Shown here one piece after another: positions 8,933 through 18,670 of a DNA stretch of 37,446 bases (position 1 is the stretch's first letter; each line of letters starts with the position of its first letter). The stretch comes from a virus (Duplodnaviria > Caudoviricetes). The notes below the pieces were generated by a model. The model worked only from the letters and a program-made list of their open reading frames with translations. It made no database searches and was not told the origin of the DNA. The translations under genes were made by a program, and so were the position numbers. The DNA is taken from positions 1-37,446 of IMG/VR virus record IMGVR_UViG_3300017991_000227; one strand, written 5' to 3'.

Positions 8933-9462
8933 CCAGCCATAAACCCGGCGACATCAGGCGGATAGACCCGATTTTTCTTTCGCTCTTCCATCTCTTTTTC
9001 AATCTTCTTTTTCTGTTCCGGGTCCGGCTCCATCCATTCGACGTGAACACAGCGCGTACCGTTCGGAAGATTGAACGGCTCTTTGGCGGTTAAAACAGCA
9101 TTCCCTTTGAGTCCCCGGTCAATAATCTCTTTGTACGCTACTTTCTGTGTGTGCGGGCAGGAGTAATCGCTTTGCTCGGGTAGTGTAACCGTGCCTTGGT
9201 CGATGGCCGTGATGCACCGCTTACACTTCTCCCACGGACGCCACAGAACGAAAACCTTCGTGAACGACAGGTAGTGCATTTGCAACGCCGGTTTGTCGTC
9301 CGGAACGTCCGTCTCTATGTACGGGCTGTCGGCATTCTTGGGGGGCTTAAAAACTGGCGCAAGCTCTACTACATTACTTGGGGCGCCTTCCTTAGTATCA
9401 GGAAGTGTGCGGGCTTTCTGTGCCAGCTCGGAATAGTTAAATCCGGATTGGTCACCTTTCAT
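8923..9462 (-). CDS. Hypothetical protein with CxxC
   Basis: 179-aa ORF starting 1 nt after the portal stop; CKRC and SCPH. Confidence 0.75.
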   Translation of the reverse strand: MKGDQSGFNYSELAQKARTLPDTKEGAPSNVVELAPVFKPPKNADSPYIETDVPDDKPALQMHYLSFTKVFVLWRPWEKCKRCITAIDQGTVTLPEQSDYSCPHTQKVAYKEIIDRGLKGNAVLTAKEPFNLPNGTRCVHVEWMEPDPEQKKKIEKEMEERKKNRVYPPDVAGFMAGKK

Positions 9463-9463
9463 A

Positions 9464-11221
9464 CTACGCTCCCATCTGGCCCATCTGGCTCTTAGCCTGC
9501 TGGGTCATGGTTGTTTGTTGTTGCTCAAGACGCTGAATAACAACCGAGTACATCACCATATCTTCCATCTGGAGCTGATGTAGTTGGCTCTTCCGAGTGC
9601 CTTCATCGAGGGAAAGCAACTGTGCTACAATCTGGTCAGCTTCTGCGATAACCTGCTGTTGATTGTAGCCCTGTGCACCACCTCGCTGAGCTTCCATTTG
9701 CACCTGGCGAGCCATGCTGTTCTGGATATCGTTGATTTCCTGCTCCAGCGTCTGCTGGTCCCGTACACGGTCCAGCGTTTCCTGCTTGATTTTGTCCTTC
9801 TCTTTGTTGAGGTCTATCTCGTACATCTCCGCCATCGTGCTGTCCGAAATTACCTGCGGGCCTCCCCCCTGCTGACCTGCCATCCACATATTGAAAATGA
9901 CCTGCTTGGTCATCTGGTCATCAATCATGCGGAACTTGGTCATTCCAACGGGGATGGTGTCCCATCCGAGGAATTTGGCACATCGGTCATCAACCCACTG
10001 CAACAAGTCCAAGAGGTCATTGATGTGTGTTTCCAGTTGATTCTCGATGAGCCGCAGGGTGGCTTCCATGCCCTTTCCGGTGAGTCCACCGTAAATGAAC
10101 TCGATGGGTACACCCAGAGCAGACACGATATTCTTTTCCGCCTCCTGCACCTCGCCCAGCGTGAGAAGCGCGCGGCCCTGGCCGCCGACTTGAGTCATGC
10201 CCATAGGAATAGGGGCAAACATGATATGCAGGGGGTCAAGCCGCCACTGCTTCATATTGTACTGGACGCTTTCCTGCCACTTCTGGAGGCTTATCTGTAC
10301 TGTCGGGTCGGCCTGCGCCGACGCCTGGGCTGGATGAATAACTCTGAAAGGCGTCAGATGGTCCAGCGCGATAGCCTCGTTGGCTTTACGCAGAATCGCC
10401 GTGTAGTGGAATAGCTGCAAGACAGACAGTAACGGCGGGAGGCCCCACTGAGGATTGATTCCTGCCGGTCCAGACATCTTCATGTGGAAGATGGCGTTGT
10501 CCGTAAACCGGAATTTTTTGTTGGCCTTCACCGCTTTCAGGAACCCTAACGGCAATGTGTCAATCAGGCTCTTGTGTCCGGCGTTAATGCGCTGAATCAA
10601 GGACGGTGGAATCGTGAAGTAGTACGTTGACTCCCCCGTAATGTCGTTGTGGTCGATATCAATCATCTTGGGGTCCCAGCGGATGAAGTTGACTTTCCGA
10701 CTCAACATGACTTTACGGTCTATAATCGCCTCTTCGCCGACGTTAACCTGGGCATGACAGTTCTCGCACTTGTACGAAAAACGCAACGCCCGCATATTAA
10801 CGGAGTAATCCAGATTCTTAATATTCGTCTGTGTTTTGCACTTAGGACATTTCAAATAGCGGATGAAAGGTTGGTACATGGATAAAAGAGCGTTTCCATA
10901 AACGTACTTATCGAGGGTAGCCATGATAAGTAGTTCCCGCGCTTTCAGGACTTTTTCCAAAAGGTACTGGTGTTTATTTTTCAGCGATTCATTTGTGGTA
11001 TCGTAGGTAAGGGTGGTGATAGGGTATTCACCGAATTTTCGTAGCGCTGAAAAGATGTGCGGGCTGTTGTAGAAGATGAACTCACACCACTTGAAGAGCT
11101 CTTTGAGTCTACGGGGAGTAAAGACCTGTGTGTAGTTGTAGTAGGGATTAGGATGCGATTGGACATTTCTCCGCTGAACCATCGTAGACGGGTCAATTAT
11201 CCCGTAAGTGTTCGTACTCAT
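9464..11221 (-). CDS. Probable portal protein with Zn-ribbon insertion and Gln-rich C-terminus
   Basis: Portal-like segments YVYGNA, FIRWDPKMIDI, IFHMK...WGLPPLLSV, IVSALGVP. CPKC...CENC insertion. AAGGAG SD. Confidence 0.7.
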   Translation of the reverse strand: MSTNTYGIIDPSTMVQRRNVQSHPNPYYNYTQVFTPRRLKELFKWCEFIFYNSPHIFSALRKFGEYPITTLTYDTTNESLKNKHQYLLEKVLKARELLIMATLDKYVYGNALLSMYQPFIRYLKCPKCKTQTNIKNLDYSVNMRALRFSYKCENCHAQVNVGEEAIIDRKVMLSRKVNFIRWDPKMIDIDHNDITGESTYYFTIPPSLIQRINAGHKSLIDTLPLGFLKAVKANKKFRFTDNAIFHMKMSGPAGINPQWGLPPLLSVLQLFHYTAILRKANEAIALDHLTPFRVIHPAQASAQADPTVQISLQKWQESVQYNMKQWRLDPLHIMFAPIPMGMTQVGGQGRALLTLGEVQEAEKNIVSALGVPIEFIYGGLTGKGMEATLRLIENQLETHINDLLDLLQWVDDRCAKFLGWDTIPVGMTKFRMIDDQMTKQVIFNMWMAGQQGGGPQVISDSTMAEMYEIDLNKEKDKIKQETLDRVRDQQTLEQEINDIQNSMARQVQMEAQRGGAQGYNQQQVIAEADQIVAQLLSLDEGTRKSQLHQLQMEDMVMYSVVIQRLEQQQTTMTQQAKSQMGQMGA

Positions 11222-11275
11222 CAGTTACTCCTTAACCGTTCGGTCCAACCAAAATAATAGTACAGGAGGGATAAC

Positions 11276-13294
11276 ATGGAAATTGAATTCGCTAAAATAA
11301 ATGGAACTCCTGTGCTTACCGTTGCTGGTACCTGGTCTCAAGGGTCGCGTGTTTACGGAGCTACTTTACAGAAAAAACAGAACCGTTGGGTTTTTCCCGC
11401 GTTCCCTCCCTTCGTTCAAAACGTACTACATGACCTACCAAAAGTCTATAAACACGCCACATTAACTGATGAGGTCACGAACTGGTTGAAATCCCAGAAG
11501 ACACAAGACGAGTGGTTGCAGCATATGCGGGAAAAAACGCTGCCGTTAAAGAGCTACGACCATCAGCTCGTCGGTACCGCTGAGCTACTTTACAATTATC
11601 GGTGGATACTCCAGTGGGACACGGGAACAGGTAAAACCAAACCCGTAATAGACGCAGCGCAGCAATTACATTGTAAAATGCTTGTGCTGTGTCCATTGGT
11701 GGCCTTAGACAACTGGGTAGACGAGTGTGAGTGGTACACAGACAAAACACTCAAAGCGGTGGCGCTAAAAGGATACAGCAGGGAACGAAAGCTACGGCGA
11801 ATAAGCGAGGCGCTCGAAGCCGACGTAATGGTCGTTACTTTTGATTTTGCTAAGCGTCACGGTATTCCAAAATTACACCAGAAAACACGTTCCGTATTCA
11901 AGGCGGCGACACACCGCGTACCGCATCAGGGAGTGCTACGCATTTTAAAACGCATTAACGACTCGGAGGTCCAATCCCGATTAGCTGCGGATTGGGTGGG
12001 TGGACGCAAACCTGCCGACATCAACAAGGAGGTCTCAGAACGTATACATAATAAACCCCAATGGCTTATCGATTTTCCCTACGACACCATCACGGCCGAT
12101 GAATCACACAGACTAAAAAATCGAAAGAGTCAGAGAACGAAAATATGCCTGGAGTTGTCCAAGCCTGCTACACGAAGGTATTTGCTTACCGCGACGTTAT
12201 CGCAAGGCAATCCTTGGGATTTGTATCCGCAAGGACGCTTCCTCGCACCCTATTTCATGCCAGAGGACAGCCGAACATTCGGACAAGAGTACATCGTTAC
12301 AGCGCGGGGAAATCCACACCTGGTTGTGGGGTACAAGAAAATCCATATCCTGAATGCGCGCATCGCCAGTGTTTCCAGTGAGAAGAAGCTGGATGACTGC
12401 GTGGACATCCCCCCCAGGCGTTTTGAACCTATCCATTTTCCACTGACAAACTCCCAACGCAAGGACTACAATTACATTGTAAATCAATGGGCAATAGAGC
12501 GGCCCAATGAGGACCCCCTAGAACTAGCCAACGGTGCTGTGCGACTCATGAAGCTGCTGCAACTATGTAGTGGATTTGTCTACGTTCCAGAGAATGACGA
12601 TATCTGCGACACATGCGACCACGTGTACACATGCGTCTCCGAGGGAGTCACTCCCGGGACTAAGAAATGCACTAACCCCGCAGCTAAAAACATGGTGACA
12701 CGGAAGGCGCTCACGTACGCTGACAACCCAAAGTTGAAGTACCTGGAGGATAAGGTGGAAGACATCGTACAGTCCGACAAGGTTATTATCTGGGCTGTTT
12801 TCGAAGAGGAGCTCGACGTTATCGAAAAAATGCTGAAACGACGTGGTTGGGGCTATGTGCGCGTTGACGGCAAGACGACCAAGAATATCCGAGCGCTGGC
12901 CAAACAATTTAATACAGACGCATCCTGCGCGGTCTACCTGGCACAGATAAGCACCGGCATCACTATTACGCTAAATGCTGCAAAGTACGCAATCTACTAC
13001 AGTCGTAGCTGGTCTCTGGATGACCGTATTCAATCCCTAGGACGTAATCGCCGTATCGGGCAGGACAAGAAAACAGTCGTTTACGACCTTTGTGCGGAAA
13101 AAACGCTTGAGGTGCAGCAATTAAACGCGCTACAAAACAAGGACGACATCGCGAAACTCTTAACGCGACGTATCCGATGTACGCTGTGTGCGAAATATTC
13201 TGATTGTCGCGGTAATAATATAGAGCCCTGGGCTCCAAAGTGCGTACTCAGTACCGAAGCGGAACGCACCGTTGCGCGTGCTGAAATGATATAG
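11276..13294 (+). CDS. SNF2-family (SF2) helicase/ATPase
   Basis: DTGTGKT Walker A, ADESH, NPKL, RVDG, QSLGRNRRIGQ motif VI; Cys-rich insertions; AGGAGG SD. Confidence 0.9.
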   Translation: MEIEFAKINGTPVLTVAGTWSQGSRVYGATLQKKQNRWVFPAFPPFVQNVLHDLPKVYKHATLTDEVTNWLKSQKTQDEWLQHMREKTLPLKSYDHQLVGTAELLYNYRWILQWDTGTGKTKPVIDAAQQLHCKMLVLCPLVALDNWVDECEWYTDKTLKAVALKGYSRERKLRRISEALEADVMVVTFDFAKRHGIPKLHQKTRSVFKAATHRVPHQGVLRILKRINDSEVQSRLAADWVGGRKPADINKEVSERIHNKPQWLIDFPYDTITADESHRLKNRKSQRTKICLELSKPATRRYLLTATLSQGNPWDLYPQGRFLAPYFMPEDSRTFGQEYIVTARGNPHLVVGYKKIHILNARIASVSSEKKLDDCVDIPPRRFEPIHFPLTNSQRKDYNYIVNQWAIERPNEDPLELANGAVRLMKLLQLCSGFVYVPENDDICDTCDHVYTCVSEGVTPGTKKCTNPAAKNMVTRKALTYADNPKLKYLEDKVEDIVQSDKVIIWAVFEEELDVIEKMLKRRGWGYVRVDGKTTKNIRALAKQFNTDASCAVYLAQISTGITITLNAAKYAIYYSRSWSLDDRIQSLGRNRRIGQDKKTVVYDLCAEKTLEVQQLNALQNKDDIAKLLTRRIRCTLCAKYSDCRGNNIEPWAPKCVLSTEAERTVARAEMI

Positions 13295-13303
13295 GAGGAC
13301 CTG

Positions 13304-13675
13304 ATGAAAGTAACCCTAGAAAGAGCTGATTTGATACGTATCCTAAGCAGCGCCTTAGGCTATCGAATCGAAGACGCCGACGTGGAGGTTTGTGCTGAAC
13401 CGTTTGAAGTACATATCCAACAAGTAAACGTTAACGAGTTGGCGAAGCAGCAAACGGCGCCAGAGCCGTCCGAAGAGGATGCCCCGGTTATTGAAACACC
13501 GTCCTCAAAAGGCGACGACCCGGAGAGCACTGTGCTCACCATGACGGACATTCTGAAACAAAACGAGGCGATGGGTGGCGCAGCTGCTCCTCGCCCTCTT
13601 GGACCCCAAGAGACGGACGAGCCGCCACCGATTACAGAGGAAGAGATGACGGCGGCAAGGAGGTACCGTGACTAA
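13304..13675 (+). CDS. Hypothetical acidic protein
   Basis: 123-aa ORF with AGGAGG SD, in operon context. Confidence 0.75.
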   Translation: MKVTLERADLIRILSSALGYRIEDADVEVCAEPFEVHIQQVNVNELAKQQTAPEPSEEDAPVIETPSSKGDDPESTVLTMTDILKQNEAMGGAAAPRPLGPQETDEPPPITEEEMTAARRYRD

Positions 13676-14519
13676 AAAGAAGAGCGATAGACCCACATTT
13701 ACGTACCCGGATAACTTCTTCGACGATGGCATCCCCAAGGGGGTGCTGTCTATCTCGGGATTTAACACGATGCGGAGGTGCCCTAAACAGTTCGATTACG
13801 CTTATGTATTAGGTGTGATTAACCCGCCGGGAATCGCCATGACCAAAGGTAAGGCTGTACACAAGGGCGCGGAGGTGGTGCACAAACACACTATCGAGCA
13901 TGGCACCCCCCTGGCCTTAGAGTCGGCACTCCAGGAAGTGTCAGATAAATTCGACAATGACAAAGAGGACGTCGAAGATTGGGAGGACAAAAAGGCGGGA
14001 CGTGTAAAAGACGAGACGTTGGCTCATTTCCGCGAGTACTACCGACAGGCAGTTCCCCTTATCAAACCGGTAGCTGCAGAGAAAACTTTTGCGAAAAAGT
14101 TCGGAACGGTTCCGATGCGCGGGGTTATTGACTTAATCGACCAGGTCCCCGGAGATTACACCGTAGACGATGACCCGGAAGAGCCGCCACCGCTGGTTGA
14201 AGTCGTGTCCGACCTGAAGCTCACAGGAAAGAATTGGAGTGACCAACGCGTTAACGAAGACCCGCAACTCACAGCGTACTCTATGGTTGAAGATGTTGAC
14301 CGTGTGCGTGTCGATATTTTGCTTGACCAGAAAAAGGGAACGTTTTACAAACCAAGGAGAGCATTAAGAGACGTTTACATAAAAAAGCGTTTGATAGAGG
14401 ACCTGGAATCCGTGGTTTATCAAATAAAACAAGGAATATTTCCCCGCTGTGACCCCACAGCCTGGAACTGTTCCCCTAAATGGTGTGGTTACTACACCAG
14501 ATGTATGGGGCCCAAATGA
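13668..14519 (+). CDS. PD-(D/E)XK nuclease, Cas4/RecB-like with probable Fe-S cysteines
   Basis: N-terminal CPKQF, GKAVH, GVIDLID, VSDLK, QLTAY, and C-terminal CSPKWCGYYTRC. Confidence 0.85.
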   Translation: MTKKKSDRPTFTYPDNFFDDGIPKGVLSISGFNTMRRCPKQFDYAYVLGVINPPGIAMTKGKAVHKGAEVVHKHTIEHGTPLALESALQEVSDKFDNDKEDVEDWEDKKAGRVKDETLAHFREYYRQAVPLIKPVAAEKTFAKKFGTVPMRGVIDLIDQVPGDYTVDDDPEEPPPLVEVVSDLKLTGKNWSDQRVNEDPQLTAYSMVEDVDRVRVDILLDQKKGTFYKPRRALRDVYIKKRLIEDLESVVYQIKQGIFPRCDPTAWNCSPKWCGYYTRCMGPK

Positions 14520-15682
14520 AACTCACAGACTTCTTTAAATTCAGCAAAAAAGAATTTTGGGAGATGGTCGAGAAGTTAGGGGAGTCTGCATCCGAGGAGT
14601 TTAAACAACTATGGGCGAAGGCCGATGAGGAACTCCTGTCACACGAAGAAGCTGTGACCTGCCTGGATGATTTGTTTATCCACAGTCACCGGCGAATCCG
14701 CGACCACAGCCCCAAACTCGCCAAGAACTACCCCACAAAACAATTCTCCAAAAATAGATTGAAAAATCGAGAGCACCTATGGTGGACCGACCACTTTACG
14801 GCAGGCATCAGCCGGTGGAGTACATTGAACTGGTTCTCCGCGCAAAAAAGGAAGAAGAAAAACGGTAAGATGGGTTTGGCGGGTGCATCTACGCACTTCG
14901 TCCTGGGCTACCATGACGCACCGTTTTACATCATACCCTTGATGCATGGAGCATGGCATGAGCCGCGCCGTAACAAAGACTCTATCAGCATCGAGCACGT
15001 AAACGCTGGAGGGATTCATCAAAACAAAAAGACGGACAGATGGCATTACTGGGCCGGCCCCATTCCCCACCCCCTCGTTTTGGAGTTGCCGCCGGTTCTG
15101 CTCGACAAGAAATTCCGAGGCTTGTCCGTCATGCAGCCGTACACACAAGAGCAGGTTATCCAAAGTGTGAAGCTGAAACGTATCGTTATCGCCGCACTTC
15201 CTGAGTTGCTCGACCCGTGCCGCATGAGTCAGCACACTGACTGGCGGGAAGGCAAGACAGACATGGGTGTTCTGTGGCCTTTTGAGGAGTGTAATTCCGC
15301 CGCGTTCGCCTCAGACCCTATTCCCGAGCTGGACTTTGTACAGCAGTACGAGGATTTCCTGGATGACGTGGGGGATATTTGGGATGAGGTCGAAGGATGG
15401 GATGAGCACGATGAGTCGGACAATCCGTCGTACGGTGAGCTCACGCCCACACATGACGATGATGACGATGACGACGAAGCTACCATACTCCGAACCCGTG
15501 ACGTACAGGAACTTCTCGTACAACACGGCTTTCCTGTAGATATTGATGGCCTGCCCGGACCTAAAACGAGCGCGGCCATCAAGGACTTTCAAATTACCTG
15601 GAACAGAAAAAACCCACGCGACCTTTTAAAGGTTGACGGCAAAGCAGGGCCGAATACCTGCGCAAAACTCAAAAGCTACTGA
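14516..15682 (+). CDS. N-acetylmuramoyl-L-alanine amidase (Amidase_2-like) with C-terminal peptidoglycan-binding domain
   Basis: DHFTAG, ASTHFV, AWHEP, SISIEH, SQHTDW..KTD; C-terminal VQELL..DGLPGPKT..IKDFQ..VDGKAGPNT. Start moved to ATG 14516 (ATGA overlap). Confidence 0.85.
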   Translation: MKLTDFFKFSKKEFWEMVEKLGESASEEFKQLWAKADEELLSHEEAVTCLDDLFIHSHRRIRDHSPKLAKNYPTKQFSKNRLKNREHLWWTDHFTAGISRWSTLNWFSAQKRKKKNGKMGLAGASTHFVLGYHDAPFYIIPLMHGAWHEPRRNKDSISIEHVNAGGIHQNKKTDRWHYWAGPIPHPLVLELPPVLLDKKFRGLSVMQPYTQEQVIQSVKLKRIVIAALPELLDPCRMSQHTDWREGKTDMGVLWPFEECNSAAFASDPIPELDFVQQYEDFLDDVGDIWDEVEGWDEHDESDNPSYGELTPTHDDDDDDDEATILRTRDVQELLVQHGFPVDIDGLPGPKTSAAIKDFQITWNRKNPRDLLKVDGKAGPNTCAKLKSY

Positions 15683-15699
15683 CAGGCAAGGAGGACATC

Positions 15700-16119
15700 A
15701 TGGATGTGAAAGTGCAAGTGAAGTGCGGGCGTTGCTCGAAATCAGAGGAAAAAACCGTTACGCTTGAAGGAGCTGCGGAGATGGACGAGGCGCAGCTGGA
15801 CGCCGACCGTAAATTTGGAGACTTCACCGCTGGAGTGAAAGAGGTCGTCGGGACCGTCGGCTATCAGGAAAGCGGCCCCGAAGTCATCGTGATGCAGCGG
15901 ACTGACACTGGATACGAAATCAGGCAGCTGTCTGACATGTGCTCCACGCCGGACGCGAAGCGGAACAAGGGCTGCAAGTCTCGTGTGGATTACCTCGTAA
16001 AGGAGATTTTCCTCCAGAACCCCAAGAAGCCCGCCACACCAAAGAAGCCCAAAGACCCCCCGCCGCAGGACCCGCCGGCACAGACGCAGAAGAAGAAACC
16101 AAACAACGGGAAAAAGTAA
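15700..16119 (+). CDS. Hypothetical protein (CxxC; Lys/Pro-rich tail)
   Basis: 139-aa ORF with AGGAGG SD; CGRC near the N-terminus. Confidence 0.75.
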   Translation: MDVKVQVKCGRCSKSEEKTVTLEGAAEMDEAQLDADRKFGDFTAGVKEVVGTVGYQESGPEVIVMQRTDTGYEIRQLSDMCSTPDAKRNKGCKSRVDYLVKEIFLQNPKKPATPKKPKDPPPQDPPAQTQKKKPNNGKK

Positions 16120-16120
16120 G

Positions 16121-16276
16121 ATGGAAAAGTACGGTGTAGAGGAGACTCAGGAAAAAACTGCGGAGCCGAAAAAGGATAACAAATGTCCTGATTGCGGCGC
16201 AGATTTACGGCCAGCGGATGAGACGGGAGTACTGCTATGCAAGAAGTGCGGTTCAAGGCCGTTCGAAGAAAGATAA
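16121..16276 (+). CDS. 51-aa zinc-ribbon protein, not in the ORF track
   Basis: MEKYGVEETQEKTAEPKKDNKCPDCGADLRPADETGVLLCKKCGSRPFEER. Starts 1 nt after the previous stop; CPDC-x14-CKKC. Confidence 0.7.
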   Translation: MEKYGVEETQEKTAEPKKDNKCPDCGADLRPADETGVLLCKKCGSRPFEER

Positions 16277-16632
16277 GTCGCTTACGGTTTATCAACGACG
16301 ATAGCCAGAAAGTGCGCATGATACGCGCGCTCTATATAATCGTCTTCAACGCAGAAGAAAGTCTCATCCCCTTAGCTACGGAGCTGTTTCACACCATCGG
16401 GGAAATCTTGGAGGGAACACCTCCGGAAGAGCTTCCTCTACATCGTATTCCCAAACCAACTTTCCTAGACACGTATAATGAATTGACACAAAAAACCGAG
16501 GTGAAAAAACCGAAGAGAAGAAGAGGTGAAAAAGATGGCAGACAAGAAGAAAAAGAAGACAACGGCACCGAAGAAGAGCAGTGCCAAGAAGCCGGCGCCG
16601 AAAAAAGTACCACCGAAGAAGTCACCGGCTAA
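16237..16632 (+). CDS. Hypothetical protein
   Basis: 131-aa ORF filling the gap, GGGAG upstream. It overlaps both neighbours, so its ends are uncertain. Confidence 0.5.
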   Translation: MQEVRFKAVRRKISRLRFINDDSQKVRMIRALYIIVFNAEESLIPLATELFHTIGEILEGTPPEELPLHRIPKPTFLDTYNELTQKTEVKKPKRRRGEKDGRQEEKEDNGTEEEQCQEAGAEKSTTEEVTG

Positions 16633-17542
16633 GAAGCCCGTGACCAAAGCGGCGGCACCTAAAGCCAAGGACGCCGGTGTGCCGGTTGTCAAATGGGCAA
16701 TCTCCAACATCGTGCTTCCCAAGAAGTGGAACCGCCAGGAGATGCAGAAGAATGACCTCGCGGAGCTCACCGCGTCCATCCGCGCTCGGGGTCAGTTGGT
16801 CCCCTTGCAGGTCCGCATGACGGACAAGCCCACGAAAGTGGAGTTGGTGGAAGGGCGTCGTCGTCTGGCGGTCCTACAGGACCTAGGCCAAAGTCACGCA
16901 CTGGTGTCCATCGTCAATGCCAAGGATGATATCGAGGCGTTCCTGCTGTCTCTGGTGACCAACCTGAACCGCAAGAACAACACGTCCTATGAAATCGCCG
17001 AGGGATTTGGCTTCCTGGTAGAGGCCGGAATGTCCAGCGAAGAGATTGCGAAGTCCTGCGGCAAGACGCCGGGTTATGTCAGCCAGCATCTTGCGGTACT
17101 CAAAGCGGACCAGCGGTTGCAGATGGCGCTTCAGAAGGGGAAGGTTAACGTGTCTCTTTTCCGCTACTTCACGAAGCTCGACCGCGAAGACGACAAGGAC
17201 AAAAAGTTCTACGACAAGATGGTCGACCTGGTTCTCAAGGGCAATGTGACCGCACAAGACATCGGGGAGAAAATCGGCGTCTACAAGGACAAGCAGGCGG
17301 CGACCGACAAGTCCAAGAAGACGAAGCCCAAAAAGAAGGCCGGTCCGAAGGTCAAGGTGCTCGATTACTCGGACCCGGTGATTACTAAAAACGCCAGGCC
17401 CGTATCAAAAGACAAGGCACTCAAGTACCTGGAGCACTACGCCAAGGTGGTAGAGAGCACGTCTCTGAAAACGAAGCGGGAGTACTATCGAGGGGTTCTT
17501 CTGGGCCTGGAACTCAGTGTCGGCTTAGCCGAGGAAGACTGA
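16535..17542 (+). CDS. parB: ParB/Spo0J-like protein with histone H1-like N-terminal tail
   Basis: SIRARGQLVPL, EGRRRL arginine patch, NLNR, HTH SSEEIAKSCGKTPGYVSQHL; N-terminal K/A/P repeats; GAGGTG SD before ATG 16535. Confidence 0.85.
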   Translation: MADKKKKKTTAPKKSSAKKPAPKKVPPKKSPAKKPVTKAAAPKAKDAGVPVVKWAISNIVLPKKWNRQEMQKNDLAELTASIRARGQLVPLQVRMTDKPTKVELVEGRRRLAVLQDLGQSHALVSIVNAKDDIEAFLLSLVTNLNRKNNTSYEIAEGFGFLVEAGMSSEEIAKSCGKTPGYVSQHLAVLKADQRLQMALQKGKVNVSLFRYFTKLDREDDKDKKFYDKMVDLVLKGNVTAQDIGEKIGVYKDKQAATDKSKKTKPKKKAGPKVKVLDYSDPVITKNARPVSKDKALKYLEHYAKVVESTSLKTKREYYRGVLLGLELSVGLAEED

Positions 17543-18562
17543 TTACAGACACACCTCAGACAATTCCGTTATATTGTTCTTCTTCAGTTCCGACCGTATA
17601 GATTTTAATTTCATCTCTTTAATTTGGCGCACGCGCTCCGGTGTTATTCCAGTGAGTGCCGCCAGTTGATGGAGACTCTTAGGTTCTGTTTTACGGTCGT
17701 TTTGCGGCACACCGAAATAAGCCATGAAGATGAATAAGTCGCGCTCGCTTAGGTGCATTCTCCTTAGCGTTTTTCTAAGGAGATTTTCTGTGTCCAACTC
17801 GATAACATCTTCTTCCACATCCTGGTTCGAATCTATGGACAGATTATCCAATGGGAGCGCATCGTGCATAACTGCGGCGTAATTGTTTAAAGGCAATTCG
17901 AATTCGTGAACGGATTCCGAACAGGGAGGCAATGACTCTTCTTCGTCTGGGTAGTCCGTACGCATGCCGCAATGCTTACAGAGGTACTTGCCTTCCTTTA
18001 TATTCTTACGAAGGGATTTCTGCCGGTGAGTAGGAACATGAACGAGCTTAGACGCACGTATTTCATCGAGCATCTCTTTCCGTATCCACCATTCGGCGTA
18101 GGTGAGAAATCGCGTGTTCTGCTTCAACTTGAACTTGTCTACCGCTATCATCAATCCTACATTGCCGGCAGAGATTAATTTCTTAACGTGTTCCGGATTT
18201 GTCGTAATACTCTTCGCACGCCGAACAACAAAACGAAGATTAGCCACAACAACGCGTTGCCGCGCGTCCATGTCTCTGGGAGACCCGCAATCAGGGCAAC
18301 GTTTTGGCACAATGGACGTGTCAAATTTACGCGAACAGGAGGTACAAGAGAGCACACGTTTCGCCGTATCATCCGGAGCAATCGCTCCGCAATGCGGACA
18401 GTTCGTAGCACGTATGGTGGAGGGAAGGTTTAGATTACAGAGAGGACACGTGTGGTACCGTGTTAACAGTTCCCGCTCTTCTTTCGGTGATAGTATTGGA
18501 TGCTTTCCTACTTCTTGGTAGTACAAATCGTACACTTTGTCCGTAAAGAAATCCGATAACAT
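17543..18562 (-). CDS. Sigma70-family (RpoD/RpoS-like) sigma factor with zinc-ribbon insertions
   Basis: Region 1.2 YYQEVGKHPILSPKEE, 2.1 VVANLRFVVRRAK, 2.2 GNVGLMIAVDKF, 2.3 RFLTYAEWWIR, 4.2 GITPERVRQI. Start moved to ATG 18562 (AAAGG SD). Confidence 0.9.
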   Translation of the reverse strand: MLSDFFTDKVYDLYYQEVGKHPILSPKEERELLTRYHTCPLCNLNLPSTIRATNCPHCGAIAPDDTAKRVLSCTSCSRKFDTSIVPKRCPDCGSPRDMDARQRVVVANLRFVVRRAKSITTNPEHVKKLISAGNVGLMIAVDKFKLKQNTRFLTYAEWWIRKEMLDEIRASKLVHVPTHRQKSLRKNIKEGKYLCKHCGMRTDYPDEEESLPPCSESVHEFELPLNNYAAVMHDALPLDNLSIDSNQDVEEDVIELDTENLLRKTLRRMHLSERDLFIFMAYFGVPQNDRKTEPKSLHQLAALTGITPERVRQIKEMKLKSIRSELKKNNITELSEVCL

Positions 18563-18602
18563 ATTTAAACCTTTCTTTAAATAAACATCGTATCGAAATA
18601 TA

Positions 18603-18631
18603 TAGACATTGCAACCATTTTTCATTAACAT
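18603..18631 (+). promoter_or_regulatory. Putative sigma70-type promoter for the replication operon
   Basis: TAGACA-N17-TAACAT in the AT-rich divergent gap, about 40 nt upstream of ATG 18671. Confidence 0.35.
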
Positions 18632-18670
18632 AAACGACACCTCGAAACCCACAACCTTTAAGGAGACGGC

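Noticed and set aside
4458-10885. Long antisense ORFs (e.g. 6885-7724, 9584-10414)
   Set aside because: They are shadow frames of the RNAP and portal genes with no motifs.
15342-15350. A fourth exact AGCAGTACG
   Set aside because: It lies inside the amidase CDS (QQYE) without a flanking hairpin; one chance 9-mer hit in 37 kb is unremarkable.
15455-15475. GAY trinucleotide run
   Set aside because: It simply encodes a poly-Asp linker.
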